A stretch of 63,144 bases of DNA, counting the filler, from Octopus bimaculoides (lineage: Eukaryota), in NCBI RefSeq assembly GCF_001194135.2. It is 4 parts of 4 records of this genome, joined end to end, with 100 filler letters (N's around TTAATTAATTAA, not from the genome) between each part and the next. Parts side by side here need not be neighbours in the genome. Positions count along the whole stretch, not along the records: positions 1 to 17,214 come from NC_068988.1; 3 more parts are not named here. One strand, written 5' to 3'. The notes below the pieces were generated by a model. The model ran no database searches, was not told the origin of the DNA, and worked only from the letters and a program-made list of their open reading frames with translations. The translations under genes and the position numbers were made by a program. This document shows, piece after piece, positions 1-13,807 of the stretch (positions within the stretch are counted from its first letter, which is position 1; every line of letters begins with the position of its first letter).

Positions 1-216
1 ATATATAAAGGGTAACAGATATACATATATATGTATATATACGTACAGATAATATGCATTGTACACGCACACGCATACACATACACACACGCTTACAGAC
101 ACACACTTACACACACACACACACAGATGTATATATAACAACATGTATTGATAAGGTGGTTAACTTATTTTATATGTATATATTTTCTACTAATATATAC
201 TTTTACTACTAAATCA

Positions 217-220
217 TATA

Positions 221-285
<65 letters not shown>

Positions 286-330
286 ATACTACCACTATCA
301 CTACTACTACTACTACTACTGCTGCTGCTG
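217..330. repeat. (TAC)n trinucleotide microsatellite
   Basis: Long run of tactactac; explains the poly-L and poly-S ORFs at 148-425. Confidence 0.95.
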
Positions 331-1758
331 CTACCACTACCATCATCCCTACCACCGCGACTTCTAACTACTATATTATGACTACTGAAATTCTCATTAA
401 CATGGCAAATAGATATCCATTGCAAAGCACAATAATGCTTTCTAGCCAGTACTTATTTTTCATTCAAGAGAGCAGTGTCCTCAAAATGTATCTATTCAAA
501 ATAGTTTAAACGCTGGAGCGATTGACCAGTTTTGTGTACACAGACACGCATAAAAAGGCTGATGTCAAAGATGAAATATAGCCACATATACACTCACACT
601 TTTATACACACACAAACACACATATGAGTATATATATATATATATATATATATATANNNNNNNNNNNNNNNNNNNNNNNNNNNNNNNNNNNNNNNNNNNN
701 NNNNNNNNNNNNNNNNNNNNNNNNNNNNNNNNNNNNNNNNNNNNNNNNNNNNNNNNNNNNNNNNNNNNNNNNNNNNNNNNNNNNNNNNNNNNNNNNNNNN
801 NNNNNNNNNNNNAGAAAGTTGTCAGTGTCTGGAAAAATAATACATTTTAAGCGCGTTCATGTTCTACAGGGACTCATGCCTATTGGAAATTTTTCCAATA
901 TTTCTGATTGTAGTTAGTTGAAATCGCTCAATAGTTCAATTTGTTTTCTTGTGTTTTGGGAAAAAAGTTTGTTTGAGAGCGGTTACTTAAGAGAGTTCTT
1001 CGTCATTTTGAAGCTATATGTAAGTGAGTGTATTGTGTGCGTATCCGTACGTATGCATTAATGCGTGATGAATTTTAAACACAAAGCATATCTGAAATTT
1101 ATAGCTTGGTTAGAGAAGAAAGAAAAGATTTAGAAATAAAAAGGTGTTCTCTTCGATGGTTGATTTGATGACACGTCAAAATTGGTCAAACATTTGATCA
1201 ATTGCTATACATTCCTGTTTTTAGTCATTAAATAGCTGACATGGATTTGGTTATCTGTCATGGGACTGCTTATTGATTAATAAGACGAAAGAAAAATGTG
1301 TTTTAACGTACAGATTTCACAACATGACTGGGAAGGCTTTTAAATGTGTGCGTTTGTGTGTTATTTAAGACTAAATTTCTCCAGTAATGAGTAGCAATAT
1401 GAATATCATCATTAGTAAAATCCATTGATTACTCGATTCGGTTCATGTGGAAAAGTAACCTTTGAATAAAAATTCTTCATGTTTTTATTAATATACATTT
1501 AACATGTTCAGTTTCGTTGATTTCTTTTTTCTTTTAACATAAAATGCTTTTCTTTCAGGTATTTTGTATCATTCCCTGAGAATTTATAAAATGGAAAGAT
1601 CTTGAATTTGTCCTTTTCGTATATTTGTACGTTTCCTTAGTGAGTTATCATGTTGGCGCTTTGCCAAACGAAAAGTTAGTCAATTTGATTTTATTGTATT
1701 GAATATGCTGATCATAACTGGATCATGTGTGTTGAGAAACAGAATTGAATTTTTTCAC

Positions 1759-1848
1759 CTGTCTTCCTCGCCTTCTTAGTTGTACAATATCTGGCTTCAC
1801 TGCCTTTATAATCTCTTTCTTTATTAATTTCACGGGGCCATTTCGAAG
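1759..1848 (-). CDS. Candidate internal exon (90 nt), unknown protein
   Basis: Minus strand ttcctacag|CTTCG...ACAG|gtgaaa; open as (A)SKWPREINKERDYKGSEARYCTTKKARKT in phase 1-1. No recognisable homology. Confidence 0.2.
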
Positions 1849-2859
1849 CTGTAGGAAGCCATTAAGTCCATTAAGTCGAAATTATCGTAATTTTGGTCAA
1901 TCACAATGCACACATATATTGTCTCACTACGTGAAATGTTCTACTTGATATCTTAGGGCTGCCAATAGAAAAGGCTCGAATATTTTTTTTTTTGTCCATT
2001 TATAAAATATATCAGTTGTTACTTTGGATTGGCATAATTTCATGTAATTGTATAAGAACCGAAGGTGACTATATCTAGTTTCTGTTATAAATGGAATATA
2101 TAGATGAAGGGTGTTGACAATGTTATTGAATATTTGCAGTACATTATTTGATTTATCCCTGAAATAAATAGTTATCGAGGAAGCGTATCAACTTTTCAAT
2201 AACATACTTTTTTAAATTTTGATAAAACGTTTTCTCTACTTCCTTGCATAATGATTCTTTCAAGAAATCCTTCTCTAGATCGGCATATAGGAGCGGAAAT
2301 TTCGTCGCNNNNNNNNNNNNNNNNNNNNNNNNNNNNNNNNNNNNNNNNNNNNNNNNNNNNNNNNNNNNNNNNNNNNNNNNNNNNNNNNNNNNNNNNNNNN
2401 NNNNNNNNNNNNNNNNNNNNNNNNNNNNNNNNNNNNNNNNNNNNNNNNNNNNNNNNNNNNNNNNNNNNNNNNNNNNNNNNNNNNNNNNNNNNNNNNNNNN
2501 NNNNNNNNNNNNNNNNNNNNNNNNNNNNNNNNNNNNNNNNNNNNNNNNNNNNNNNNNNNNNNNNNNNNNNNNNNNNNNNNNNNNNNNNNNNNNNNNNNNN
2601 NNNNNNNNNNNNNNNNNNNNNNNNNNNNNNNNNNNNNNNNNTCTCGAAAACGACTCAGTCTTCGAGTTGGAAATTGTGGCCCTGCAGCCATTGGTCTCAA
2701 TTTAAGATCAGTGAGTCTTAATATTTTTATGTTCTGTTTACTAATTGCCCGCTGAAATTTTATGGAATTTAATAATGCGTAGAAATTTTAGGGTTGCATA
2801 AATAGCCCATTCCTTTTTTCTTTACTGCATTTTATAATTTCTTATATTAATTTTGATCT

Positions 2860-2965
2860 GTGGCATGATCGACCTCAGCAGAATTTGAACTAAGAATGTA
2901 AAGCCGTACAAAATGCCGCTAAGCTATTCCTCCACCCTGCTAATGATTCGGCCAGCTCGTGCCTT
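2860..2965 (-). mobile_element. SINE family A, 5' fragment
   Basis: Reverse complement of the aaggcggcgagctggcagaatcgttagc...gagttcaaattc head seen in other copies in this window. Confidence 0.7.
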
Positions 2966-3817
2966 AATAATTCAAAATATTGTTCACCAAAAATTAAAGA
3001 ACATGGTTGATTAGATCATCCAATTAAATCGCGATTATGACACTAGTCGTTAGAGAACCTACAGATTTAATCTCATCAATCAATTTGCTAAATACACCGA
3101 GCACGTTGTACTTTCATGCATTTATAGGCGTTATCAGGTGTGAGGATCCGAGTTTGTGCAAAATTATGACAGTCATAACCTAAATTAATTATTAGTTTCT
3201 AAAACTGATTACATCTTTTATAGATTATGGGGAAATATTTGTTCATTGGGTTTCGCTCTTTAATGCATATTGAAGAATGAATTTATGGAACACCAGCTTA
3301 GCTATTGCAAAATGGATTCCCCCATATATAGGAGGTAGGGAGAGGAGATTCTCGGAGGCATACTAATCACCTTTAAGCATGAACTGCAGGCAGGAGTAAA
3401 CTATAGGATCGTAGAACTACAAAAAACCTAGATCAATTTTTTTTTACTTAATCCGTACACAGTATATTACATTGAAACCCATCACATCGAGTTCATAAAC
3501 CCATCAGAACACGTTTTGAAGTTTACAAACACTGGCTGAGTTTGGTAAGTCAGACGTGCTACTAGTTGCATAGAAAATCGTAGCGACAGATTCTGTGAGA
3601 AAATGTTACTGTTCGAAGAATAGTGAATATTAAATTTTTTTCTTCCCTTTATATTCTCGGCTGATTTAAGGCACCGGTATGTCTGTGTACATGTATGTAT
3701 GTGCGCGAAATGAGCTGCTGGTGTTTAATAAATAAATGAAAAATCTTTCTAACTTTCAAACAGTCAGTCACTGTATCTATCTATCTGTCTATCTATCTGC
3801 CTGTTCTCCTGCCTGAC

Positions 3818-3850
<33 letters not shown>

Positions 3851-3956
3851 GCCTGTCTGCCTATATGCGTCTATTTGCCTATTTATCAATGTATCGAATA
3901 CATACATACATGCATAAATGTATACATACTTACACACACACACATACACACATACA

Positions 3957-4017
<61 letters not shown>

Positions 4018-4980
4018 NNNNNNNNNNNNNNNNNNNNNNNNNNNNNNNNNNNNNNNNNNNNNNNNNNNNNNNNNNNNNNNNNNNNNNNNNNNNNNNNNNN
4101 NNNNNNNNNNNNNNNNNNNNNNNNNNNNNNNNNNNNNNNNNNNNNNNNNNNNNNNNNNNNNNNNNNNNNNNNNNNNNNNNNNNNNNNNNNNNNNNNNNNN
4201 NNNNNNNNNNNNNNNNNNNNNNNNNNNNNNNNNNNNNNNNNNNNNNNNNNNNNNNNNNNNNNNNNNNNNNNNNNNNNNNNNNNNNNNNNNNNNNNNNNNN
4301 NNNNNNNNNNNNNNNNNNNNNNNNNNNNNNNNNNNNNNNNNNNNNNNNNNNNNNNNNNNNNNNNNNNNNNNNNNNNNNNNNNNNNNNNNNNNNNNNNNNN
4401 NNNNNNNNNNNNNNNNNNNNNNNNNNNNNNNNNNNNNNNNNNNNNNNNNNNNNNNNNNNNNCACACACACACACGCCGCGCGCAAACAAACAAACAAACA
4501 CAACAAAGCAAATACAGATGCACGCACATTTATTCACCCGCTCACACACAGACACATATTCACACACACACACAGGTACAACAAAACAAATACAGACGCA
4601 CACGTTGTTTACACACAAACATACAAAAACACACACAAACACACACACACAATACACACATACACACAAACACACTCAAACATATCTCACTGGAGGAGTG
4701 CCACATGGCATAAACTGCATCAGAAGCAGCTTAAATTTTTTATGAATTGTGACGTCATTTCACGTAGGTGTTGCAGCAATTCTCACCTGCTATTTTACCT
4801 GGTGAAATCCATCGTCATCTTCGTCGATGTCATCGTCGCAACCATTATTAAGCAGTTAATTCTTTCTACATTTCTCAAACTAACTTCCTCAGAAGATTCA
4901 ACTTCAACATCGCTATTATAATTCCTTTCTTTGACAACAGCTTCGCAGTTATACTCGTCATCATCATCATCACGTCGTCG

Positions 4981-5016
<36 letters not shown>

Positions 5017-7085
5017 CGTCATCGTCATCATCATCATCATCGTTGCTGCCGTTGTCGTCGTCGACTTCGTCATCGCCAACAATGTCATCATAATGATCAC
5101 GTTCATCATCACTGTCATCAACGTCATCATGCAACTCTTCCCCCTCCNNNNNNNNNNNNNNNNNNNNNNNNNNNNNNNNNNNNNNNNNNNNNNNNNNNNN
5201 NNNNNNNNNNNNNNNNNNNNNNNNNNNNNNNNNNNNNNNNNNNNNNNNNNNNNNNNNNNNNNNNNNNNNNNNNNNNNNNNNNNNNNNNNNNNNNNNNNNN
5301 NNNNNNNNNNNNNNNNNNNNNNNNNNNNNNNNNNNNNNNNNNNNNNNNNNNNNNNNNNNNNNNNNNNNNNNNNNNNNNNNNNNNNNNNNNNNNNNNNNNN
5401 NNNNNNNNNNNNNNNNNNNNNNNNNNNNNNNNNNNNNNNNNNNNNNNNNNNNNNNNNNNNNNNNNNNNNNNNNNNNNNNNNNNNNNNNNNNNNNNNNNNN
5501 NNNNNNNNNNNNNNNNNNNNNNNNNNNNNNNNNNNNNNNNNNNNNNNNNNNNNNNNNNNNNNNNNNNNNNNNNNNNNNNNNNNNNNNNNNNNNNNNNNNN
5601 NNNNNNNNNNNNNNNNNNNNNNNNNNNNNNNNNNNNNNNNNNNNNNNNNNNNNNNNNNNNNNNNNNNNNNNNNNNNNNNNNNNNNNNNNNNNNNNNNNNN
5701 NNNNNNNNNNNNNNNNNNNNNNNNNNNNNNNNNNNNNNNNNNNNNNNNNNNNNNNNNNNNNNNNNNNNNNNNNNNNNNNNNNNNNNNNNNNNNNNNNNNN
5801 NNNNNNNNNNNNNNNNNNNNNNNNNNNNNNNNNNNNNNNNNNNNNNNNNNNNNNNNNNNNNNNNNNNNNNNNNNNNNNNNNNNNNNNNNNNNNNNNNNNN
5901 NNNNNNNNNNNNNNNNNNNNNNNNNNNNNNNNNNNNNNNNNNNNNNNNNNNNNNNNNNNNNNNNNNNNNNNNNNNNNNNNNNNNNNNNNNNNNNNNNNNN
6001 NNNNNNNNNNNNNNNNNNNNNNNNNNNNNNNNNNNNNNNNNNNNNNNNNNNNNNNNNNNNNNNNNNNNNNNNNNNNNNNNNNNNNNNCCTCCTCCTCCTC
6101 CTCCTCCTCTTCCTCCTCATCATCATCATTATCATCACCACCACCAAACCACCACCACCTCTACCACCACCAGGGAGCTGAAAGGAAAATTAAACTGCGT
6201 ACTCAAAAGCGTGAGAAAACAATTATTTCTAACATGGAAAATGTAGAATATATTAAACGATAAGCAATTAAAAAAGTTACAAAGGAGACTAATGAGGCAT
6301 AGCACAATCAACGTATTGTCAAATGAAACGACCACGATGTTTTAATGAATAAATATTTACCACACACACACACACACACTTACACTCACACACAGCCATG
6401 CTGAATAACATAAAAATAATGTAGACTGTGCTTCAACTTACAATATATAATCAGTGGCCGTTACTTTATATTGTTAATCAATACTACTTCAAATACTGTT
6501 ACGTGGCAACAATTCTTTATTTAAATCATTCCTATAAGGTCAGAAATCGTAAGCCTATACGTTAATCCAAGTGGGATTTATGTATTTCAATATGTTTTAT
6601 GATCTACTGAAGAATTCTATGTACACAGATTTCAAAATATGGATTATTCCCGAGTCTTTAACATGCTCTTTCTCTCTTTTTTTCCCTCGTATATACGTGT
6701 GTGTTTGTGCATGTCTTCCCTCTGAGATTTGTGTGTGAGTTGGTGCGTATGTGTGTGTGATGACTGTGTCTTTGTTTCATATGAGTGGTTTGAAAGAAAG
6801 AAAATTGGAATATGTAATCAAAAGCATGTACATAAAAACACGTTAAGCACTCAAAACCAGAATAAAGATTGACTCATTAAAAGGAAAAAAAAATAGTGAA
6901 ATCGAATAATGGAAATGGAATGATAAACGAGCTGCTAAATAAAAAGACGTCAAATATAGACAGATTCTTCTGTAGGAATGTGTGGAAGAAAACTAGTGAA
7001 AACGATAGATAGCAGCAGTAGTAGCTGCAATAATAGCAAACAACAGCTACCACAACAACAGAAATAATGATAATAATCATACAAG

Positions 7086-7435
7086 AGAAGACATACAAAA
7101 CTGACCATGGCATGGATTGATGATCGCAAATCATACGATATGATACCACAGTCCTAGATTATAAGAACAATGAAAAATTATGGAGTAACAGAGAACATAA
7201 GCCCTATACGAAATAGCATGAAATAATGGAGAACGGAATTGACAGTCGGGAAGTAAGTACTAAGAGAGGTGAAAATCAAGAGAGCAATCTTCCAGGAGAA
7301 CGATGTGTCCCCACTGATATTCGTGCTTAGAATGATCCCCTTAAGTGAAATACTACAGAAAACAAAGTTGGGGTATGATCTGGGAAGAGGTAAGGGAAAA
7401 CTAAACCACTTGCTATTCATAGACGACCTGAAGCT
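7086..7435 (+). mobile_element. Reverse-transcriptase fragment of an RLE-type (R4/Dong-like) non-LTR retrotransposon
   Basis: Translates LTMAWIDDRKSYD ... KIKRAIFQENDVSPLIFVLRMIPLSEILQKTKLGYDLGRGKGKLNHLLFIDDLKL (RT GIFQGDSLSP and HLLFMDDLKL motifs, decayed). Nucleotide-homologous to 61310-61660. Confidence 0.9.
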
Positions 7436-7438
7436 CAA

Positions 7439-7517
<79 letters not shown>

Positions 7518-7545
7518 GGCAGCAGCAGTAGTAATAATAATAATA
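7439..7545. repeat. (TAG)n compound microsatellite
   Basis: Direct reading; abuts the RT fragment and a gap. Confidence 0.95.
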
Positions 7546-8223
7546 NNNNNNNNNNNNNNNNNNNNNNNNNNNNNNNNNNNNNNNNNNNNNNNNNNNNNNN
7601 NNNNNNNNNNNNNNNNNNNNNNNNNNNNNNNNNNNNNNNNNNNNNNNNNNNNNNNNNNNNNNNNNNNNNNNNNNNNNNNNNNNNNNNNNNNNNNNNNNNN
7701 NNNNNNNNNNNNNNNNNNNNNNNNNNNNNNNNNNNNNNNNNNNNNNNNNNNNNNNNNNNNNNNNNNNNNNNNNNNNNNNNNNNNNNNNNNNNNNNNNNNN
7801 NNNNNNNNNNNNNNNNNNNNNNNNNNNNNNNNNNNNNNNNNNNNNNNNNNNNNNNNNNNNNNNNNNNNNNNNNNNNNNNNNNNNNNNNNNNNNNNNNNNN
7901 NNNNNNNNNNNNNNNNNNNNNNNNNNNNNNNNNNNNNNNNNNNNNNNNNNNNNNNNNNNNNNNNNNNNNNNNNNNNNNNNNNNNNNNNNNNNNNNNNNNN
8001 NNNNNNNNNNNNNNNNNNNNNNNNNNNNNNNNNNNNNNNNNNNNNNNNNNNNNNNNNNNNNNNNNNNNNNNNNNNNNNNNNNNNNNNNNNNNNNNNNNNN
8101 NNNNNNNNNNNNNNNNNNNNNNNNNNNNNNNNNNNNNNNNNNNNNNNNNNNNNNNNNNNNNNNNNNNNNNNNNNNNNNNNNNNNNNNNNNNNNNNNNNNN
8201 NNNNNNNNNNNNNNNNNNNNNNN

Positions 8224-8376
8224 NTATCTTGATATGAGAGCACCATGTCGCACACATATGGCTGTGATGCATGTGCCTGATGTACCCTTATCAGACGGGT
8301 AGTCATGATGGGTATAATGGGCTTCGTATATTTTAATCCAGTGTCACATTGATGGCATGCACTGCTTTCTCACTCA
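8224..8376 (+). mobile_element. Unclassified interspersed repeat (3' end) followed by a (TAA)n tail
   Basis: ttgatatgagagcaccatgtcgcacacatatgg...ccttatcagacgggtagtcatgatgggtat...cagtgtcac matches the reverse complement of 33499-33651. Confidence 0.8.
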
Positions 8377-8378
8377 AT

Positions 8379-8450
<72 letters not shown>

Positions 8451-9520
8451 GATCCTTTGTACTGGAGACACATGGTCTCAAATTCTTGAGGGAGAGGAGT
8501 AGTCGATTAACAGATTGGTTTTCTTCCTATATGCTGATGACTACTGATTAAAAGAAACTGAAAATATATACGAGCCTGGAGCATAGCCACTGTAGTTAAG
8601 AATAAGATAGACCTTCAAATATGTTCCCTAACATTGCCCATCTTTCACGGCTGAATCAGAAAAATAGTGAATAAATTCTGTGTCTCTACCAACATTGAAT
8701 AACCAGTCAGACTTTTTGGCAATTTCAAAAGATGGTATATAATATAAAGTTTGTCTAATTTAGGGATTTTAATGAAAGAAGACAATGGAGAATAATTTAA
8801 GAAGAACGGCTCCAATAAAGAAAAATCTCTTAAATATTGAAAATATTTGGTTCTGAAGTTATTCAACCACTGCATCGATTATTACATTCTTAACACATCA
8901 TTACAATCGTGATGAAAATCAGAAACTATATATAGCGGTTAAACCTATGATGAGTAATCACAATCGTAGTAGTTTCTTTCTGTGAATTAGAAGTTGAAGA
9001 GAAATTTAAAACGTTTTGCTTTCTTCGTATGGGAACTTTTACTTTAACAACGAGATCTTTTGCTCAATCACCTCTTCTGTTGTATACGAAAAAACTGTAA
9101 ATACTACGGTAAATAATAGGTAATCAAAAAGAAAGCTTCCCCAGCGATGCAAAGAGCAACAAGTACAAGAGCGACATATATTCTATCAGCCAACTACTTA
9201 TTAAAGGATAATATCATGACTGAGTAGAATATATAAGGTTTTCTAATCTTTTTTGAAATTCCATTATCGAAGAAATTCTAGCAACTTATGTTTGGTCGGA
9301 GTTTTTGCCACCAAATATGGCGAAGAATAAAAGACGGAACATTCAAGACTTATAAGAAGAAATTATTTATTCTCACAAACTGCAACAAAATGCACATATT
9401 CAAGAAAAGTGAGATATTTTTGAATCGCAGAGTTATGCATTCTAACACTCGAACATACATATATATGTATATGTAGGTATACATACACACACCCCATATA
9501 TATATATATATATATACGTG

Positions 9521-9555
<35 letters not shown>

Positions 9556-9951
9556 ACATACATAAATAACATACACATACACCTGCACATACAGACATAT
9601 CTATATATATATATATGTACGTGTATATATGCGTATGTACATGTGTGTGTTCATTTCTTACGTAAATAAATACCTACACTCTGAAGTCATTATCTCTTAT
9701 GGCATGCTTGTATTAATTTGCAATAGTTTAGAAGGAATACTCATCGGAGGGAACAAACGAATGCTTATATTGTATAGCATTAGACTAGCGTGTGTTTCAA
9801 ATTTATATTCATGTGTCGGAGTATTTTTACTGGTTTGAAGGAGGCTGTTATTTACCAATGTCTAATTTTAATCAGACATCTAATATCTCTCTGTATTCAG
9901 GTTGGTAGCTATAGTTATCATTATATCTAATTCTTATAATAATTCCCTTAC

Positions 9952-10033
9952 CTCTCTTTTCTAAATCATTCACTTTATATATTAATGGTGTATCTATGAT
10001 TTCAAGAACAATCTTCTCTCTAGCAATATGTAT
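9952..10033 (-). CDS. Candidate internal exon (82 nt), unknown protein
   Basis: Minus strand atttgtaatag|ATACAT...AGAG|gtaagg; open as IHIAREKIVLEIIDTPLIYKVNDLEKR, phase 0-1. Confidence 0.22.
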
Positions 10034-11502
10034 CTATTACAAATGAATGCTTTAAGACATTCAGTTATTTTCAACGGTTCATAAATATATTCTTTTAATC
10101 AGATTAAATCTCATACCAAAAGTTAAACAATACACATTAACAAGTGGCAGAGATAACACGCAAAAGAAACTATATAGATATATTGATCTCTATGAATTCA
10201 GGCACAAACGAAATCTGCATTAATTATATTGTGACTTACAGATTCAAATCTGTTGTATTACATAAACTACATTTCACTTCTAATATCCAACTTGAAATAA
10301 CACGGTCCGACTTGAATATTAAGCATATGCTTGAGTATATGACACCGAACCTCATAACAATTTTAGTTCTGCTTTTATTAAATTACATCGAGTGAGTTAT
10401 ATTCTGTATTAATAACGTATATAAATGAGAGTGCACATTCACACAAACTGATATTGTATATTATAACTACGATATTGCTAAAGAGTCAATCAAGAATAAT
10501 CTTATTTCGCCAAAATGTTTTACAGATCTCTGACGCTCAGATTAATATCATATTGCATACAAAAAATATGATACTGATATCTGATGGTAATTTTCACATA
10601 AAAAACGAGTTTTATTCTTCTTTTAGTGTTCCTGAAGCTGAGAGATTTTGGTGCAACGTGCCCTAAATAATTTGAATCATATATTTTATAGTTAAGCCAC
10701 ATGAAATTAAAGAACATAAAGATCTGAGTATTCGAGATATTACCCAATTTCTACTTAGAACTATGAATAATGAAGAAGCTGAATGATGCAGAAAAGAAAA
10801 TCCACATTATTGAATAATTCAAATATTCTGTTATGAACTTATGTTTTAAAGAAACTAAGTATTTTTCAGATATCACCCCTACTTTAGATACTGGTACATG
10901 CCATTCTAAAGAGATAGCAATATTCTTACATATTAACATAAATTTAAACCAATGGCTAGTCATATTCACAATACTGTGAAGGATAAATGTATTCACTTAT
11001 GTTACATACCATATATCAAGTCACTTCAATCAGTAATATTAGAATTTGTTATCAGAATATCTTTAGAAGTAATAGTTTTGGAAAGAAGATTTATAATGAA
11101 GAAGCATTGCAACTCAAAAAGACAGAAAATTACAAAGCGCAAGTTGATAATGTAAAAGATCCAGTTTAATATAAATGTAAGCAAAGGTACAGCCGAATGT
11201 AATTTAATAGTTTTCAGATCTCTATATTTTCCCAAACCACATACATGCAGAAAAATTTTCGAATGGAATTGTAGTACAGACAGCTATTCCATAATCCAGA
11301 ATTTGGCAATATTTTTATGTAGCTGTTGTGAAAACAGATAAAAAATATAGCATTCTAACGACTGTATACATAGTTATTAACCGTTCGCAATACAATGGAA
11401 AATATAAATAGTACTGGTTGTTGAAGCACCATGATATATCACACAAATTTTCTTTAAAATACGATGGCAAAAATTATATAGGTTAGAGAAGATCTTCACA
11501 CA

Positions 11503-11544
<42 letters not shown>

Positions 11545-11979
11545 CACACATACACACATCTATATAACAGCCATGAGAATTCCAACCAGGAAATCAAAGA
11601 AGATCTTACCTAAATATATTTTGTAATAAAACCAACAGATTTAGATTTTACTTTCAAAATGAACATTCGCGAATGAGCGAGGTCCAAAAACAAAGAGATT
11701 AGTTTCTTTCTTTCTTTATGCGAAAACTATTCCGTTTGATCTACAATGAAATCATCTTCGATCACTAAATTATAGAAATATTTTCGCTTATCCGGCAGAG
11801 AAACGAGATTATTTTCAGAAATTTCAAATCATAGCATAAAGAAATATTTTAAAATACAGTAAATTCCTCTGCTTTTAACAGTGTTATTCCTTTACAAATA
11901 ATTTATACAAAATTGTATTACGTTTATATATATTTGAATTGTTAATACTTGTAGAACAATAGGTGATAGCGTCCTGCCA

Positions 11980-11981
11980 TA

Positions 11982-12040
<59 letters not shown>

Positions 12041-12063
12041 TTATCTATCTATCCATCTATTGA

Positions 12064-12094
<31 letters not shown>

Positions 12095-12110
12095 ATATAT
12101 ATATATCCAC
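11980..12110. repeat. (TATC)n/(TA)n microsatellite
   Basis: Direct reading. Confidence 0.95.
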
Positions 12111-12989
12111 GCATACACATTCATATATACATTAATCTGTGCTTATAAGGTTTTTAAACAATCACTTTGTGACCACACGGTTTCTTCTTCAATTGCACTA
12201 CACAGTATTTTAAGCAAGTGCTTTCTAATATGGTCCCAAGCCAACCAATAACGTGTAAGCGAATTTGGTAGAAATCAATAGTATTTATATATGTGAATAT
12301 GTGTTCATGTGTGAGTTTGTGTGTGTGTGTGTGTGGTTCCGTGCTCGCGTGTGTGTGCATATATGTGTTTCTGCCTTTCTGTTTGTGTTTGTCCAATCAC
12401 CACTTGCCATTCCGTTTTAGTTTATTTCAAATAACAGTTCATCAAAACATTCCGAAAGTGTCAAAAACTAGATGTAAATATATAGTATTGTATGTCGATT
12501 CGTTTGACGAAACAATAAAGCCATTGCTCCTACTGGGGTGCAATCCAACGAAGAACAGAGATAAAATCTAAAATATATTTTTATATAATTACCTGGTACT
12601 TTTCTGTCTCTTCACTACAAATGTTTCCACACACACTTCTCTCGACATTATCCTCTTCTTCAAATACCACTCCCCTTGCAAATCCCTCTAACTCGGCCAA
12701 CGTAATCCTATTGAAAACTACCGTCAAACGACATTAAATTCCTTAAACCTCCAATCCCCTTATGGTTTTATACTTTTTATTCTTTTCTGTTTTCTCTCTT
12801 ATGTTCTGAATTTTTCTCCACATCTATATTTTTCACTCTTACCGTGCTCTCTACACATTCCGATCGAATCGTCCGTGTGTTAATATGTAACACTTTGCGA
12901 TAATGTAAGCTTTCGTTTCATCAAAATACCCTTGGCCACGGTCGTCTAAATTACGCAAGAATCAAAATAACACTGATATATCATTTTAA

Positions 12990-13807
12990 TAGATATGTTT
13001 ACCAAAATTACGTAAAATTATCTTGAAATACTAAAAAGTAAATTAATTCAATAAAATCGCCTTTGGCTTCAAACACGTCCTCCAGACGATTTTGGTATCT
13101 CCTGCAACTCTTCTGGACAGTTTCTTTGTTTAAGTTGGTGAATGCCGCCATAATCCCTGCCTTAACTTCATCTTTGGTGTTACAAGTTTTGTTGGTGTCT
13201 CGCTCAACTGCGTCCCTCACATAATAATCGAAGGAGTTGCAGTCTGTGGAGTTAGAAGGCGAGCTCCTATGGATGTTGTGGTCGCAGAACTTGTCTGATA
13301 GCCATGCCTGAGTTCTCCTGCTTGTGTGGCACGGTCAAGAGTCCTGTTGCGAGACACAGGGTCTTCCAGCAGCCACCCACTTGACCCAGAGCAGCACTAC
13401 CTCCTCCAGGCACTTGATGTAGGCCTCCATGTCAAGTGTGAGGCCGTGTGAGAAGATGAATAGATGCGTAACGTCGCCATCACTAGTGATCACTCCAAAC
13501 ACCATGATGCTCACTGGATGTTTGATTTTTATCACTCTCGGTACATGTCCTCAGATTGCACTGTCCTTACATTGACACCCAAACATTCTGAAATGTTCGT
13601 ATTGGAGCTTCCGGCGCGAATGCTAAGTAGTACAGCATGTTGTTTCCAAATTTCTGGCAGAGTGAAGTCCGTCATCGTGCTGTTTTTCTCACAGACGGTG
13701 GCCAACGGAATTTGCTATACAGTGTAGACGACAAAATCAAAACAAACAATGCGCTAGCGCCAATTTATAAAAATAAAATATGGCGACAATTTACCCATTA
13801 CACTCTG
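12990..13807 (-). mobile_element. Decayed Tc1/mariner-superfamily transposon, DD37D (maT-like) transposase
   Basis: Minus-strand KHPVSIMVFGVITSDG...QQDS*PCHTSRRTQAWL...PSNSTDCNSFDYYV...NRLEDVFEAKGDFIE. 37 residues counted between the QQD Asp and the final D; internal stop and deletions. Confidence 0.85.

Noticed and set aside
4790-5147. Acidic protein-like frame on the minus strand (GEELHDDVDDSDDERD...DDDEYNCEAVVKERNYNSDVEVESSEEV)
   Set aside because: Phase is broken twice by gacgt interruptions and a stop; best explained as a drifted (GAT)n microsatellite.
12590-12890. Pyrimidine-rich block that might be another Penelope-like terminal repeat
   Set aside because: No intact CUGAnGA/GAAA core and no second copy in the window to support it.
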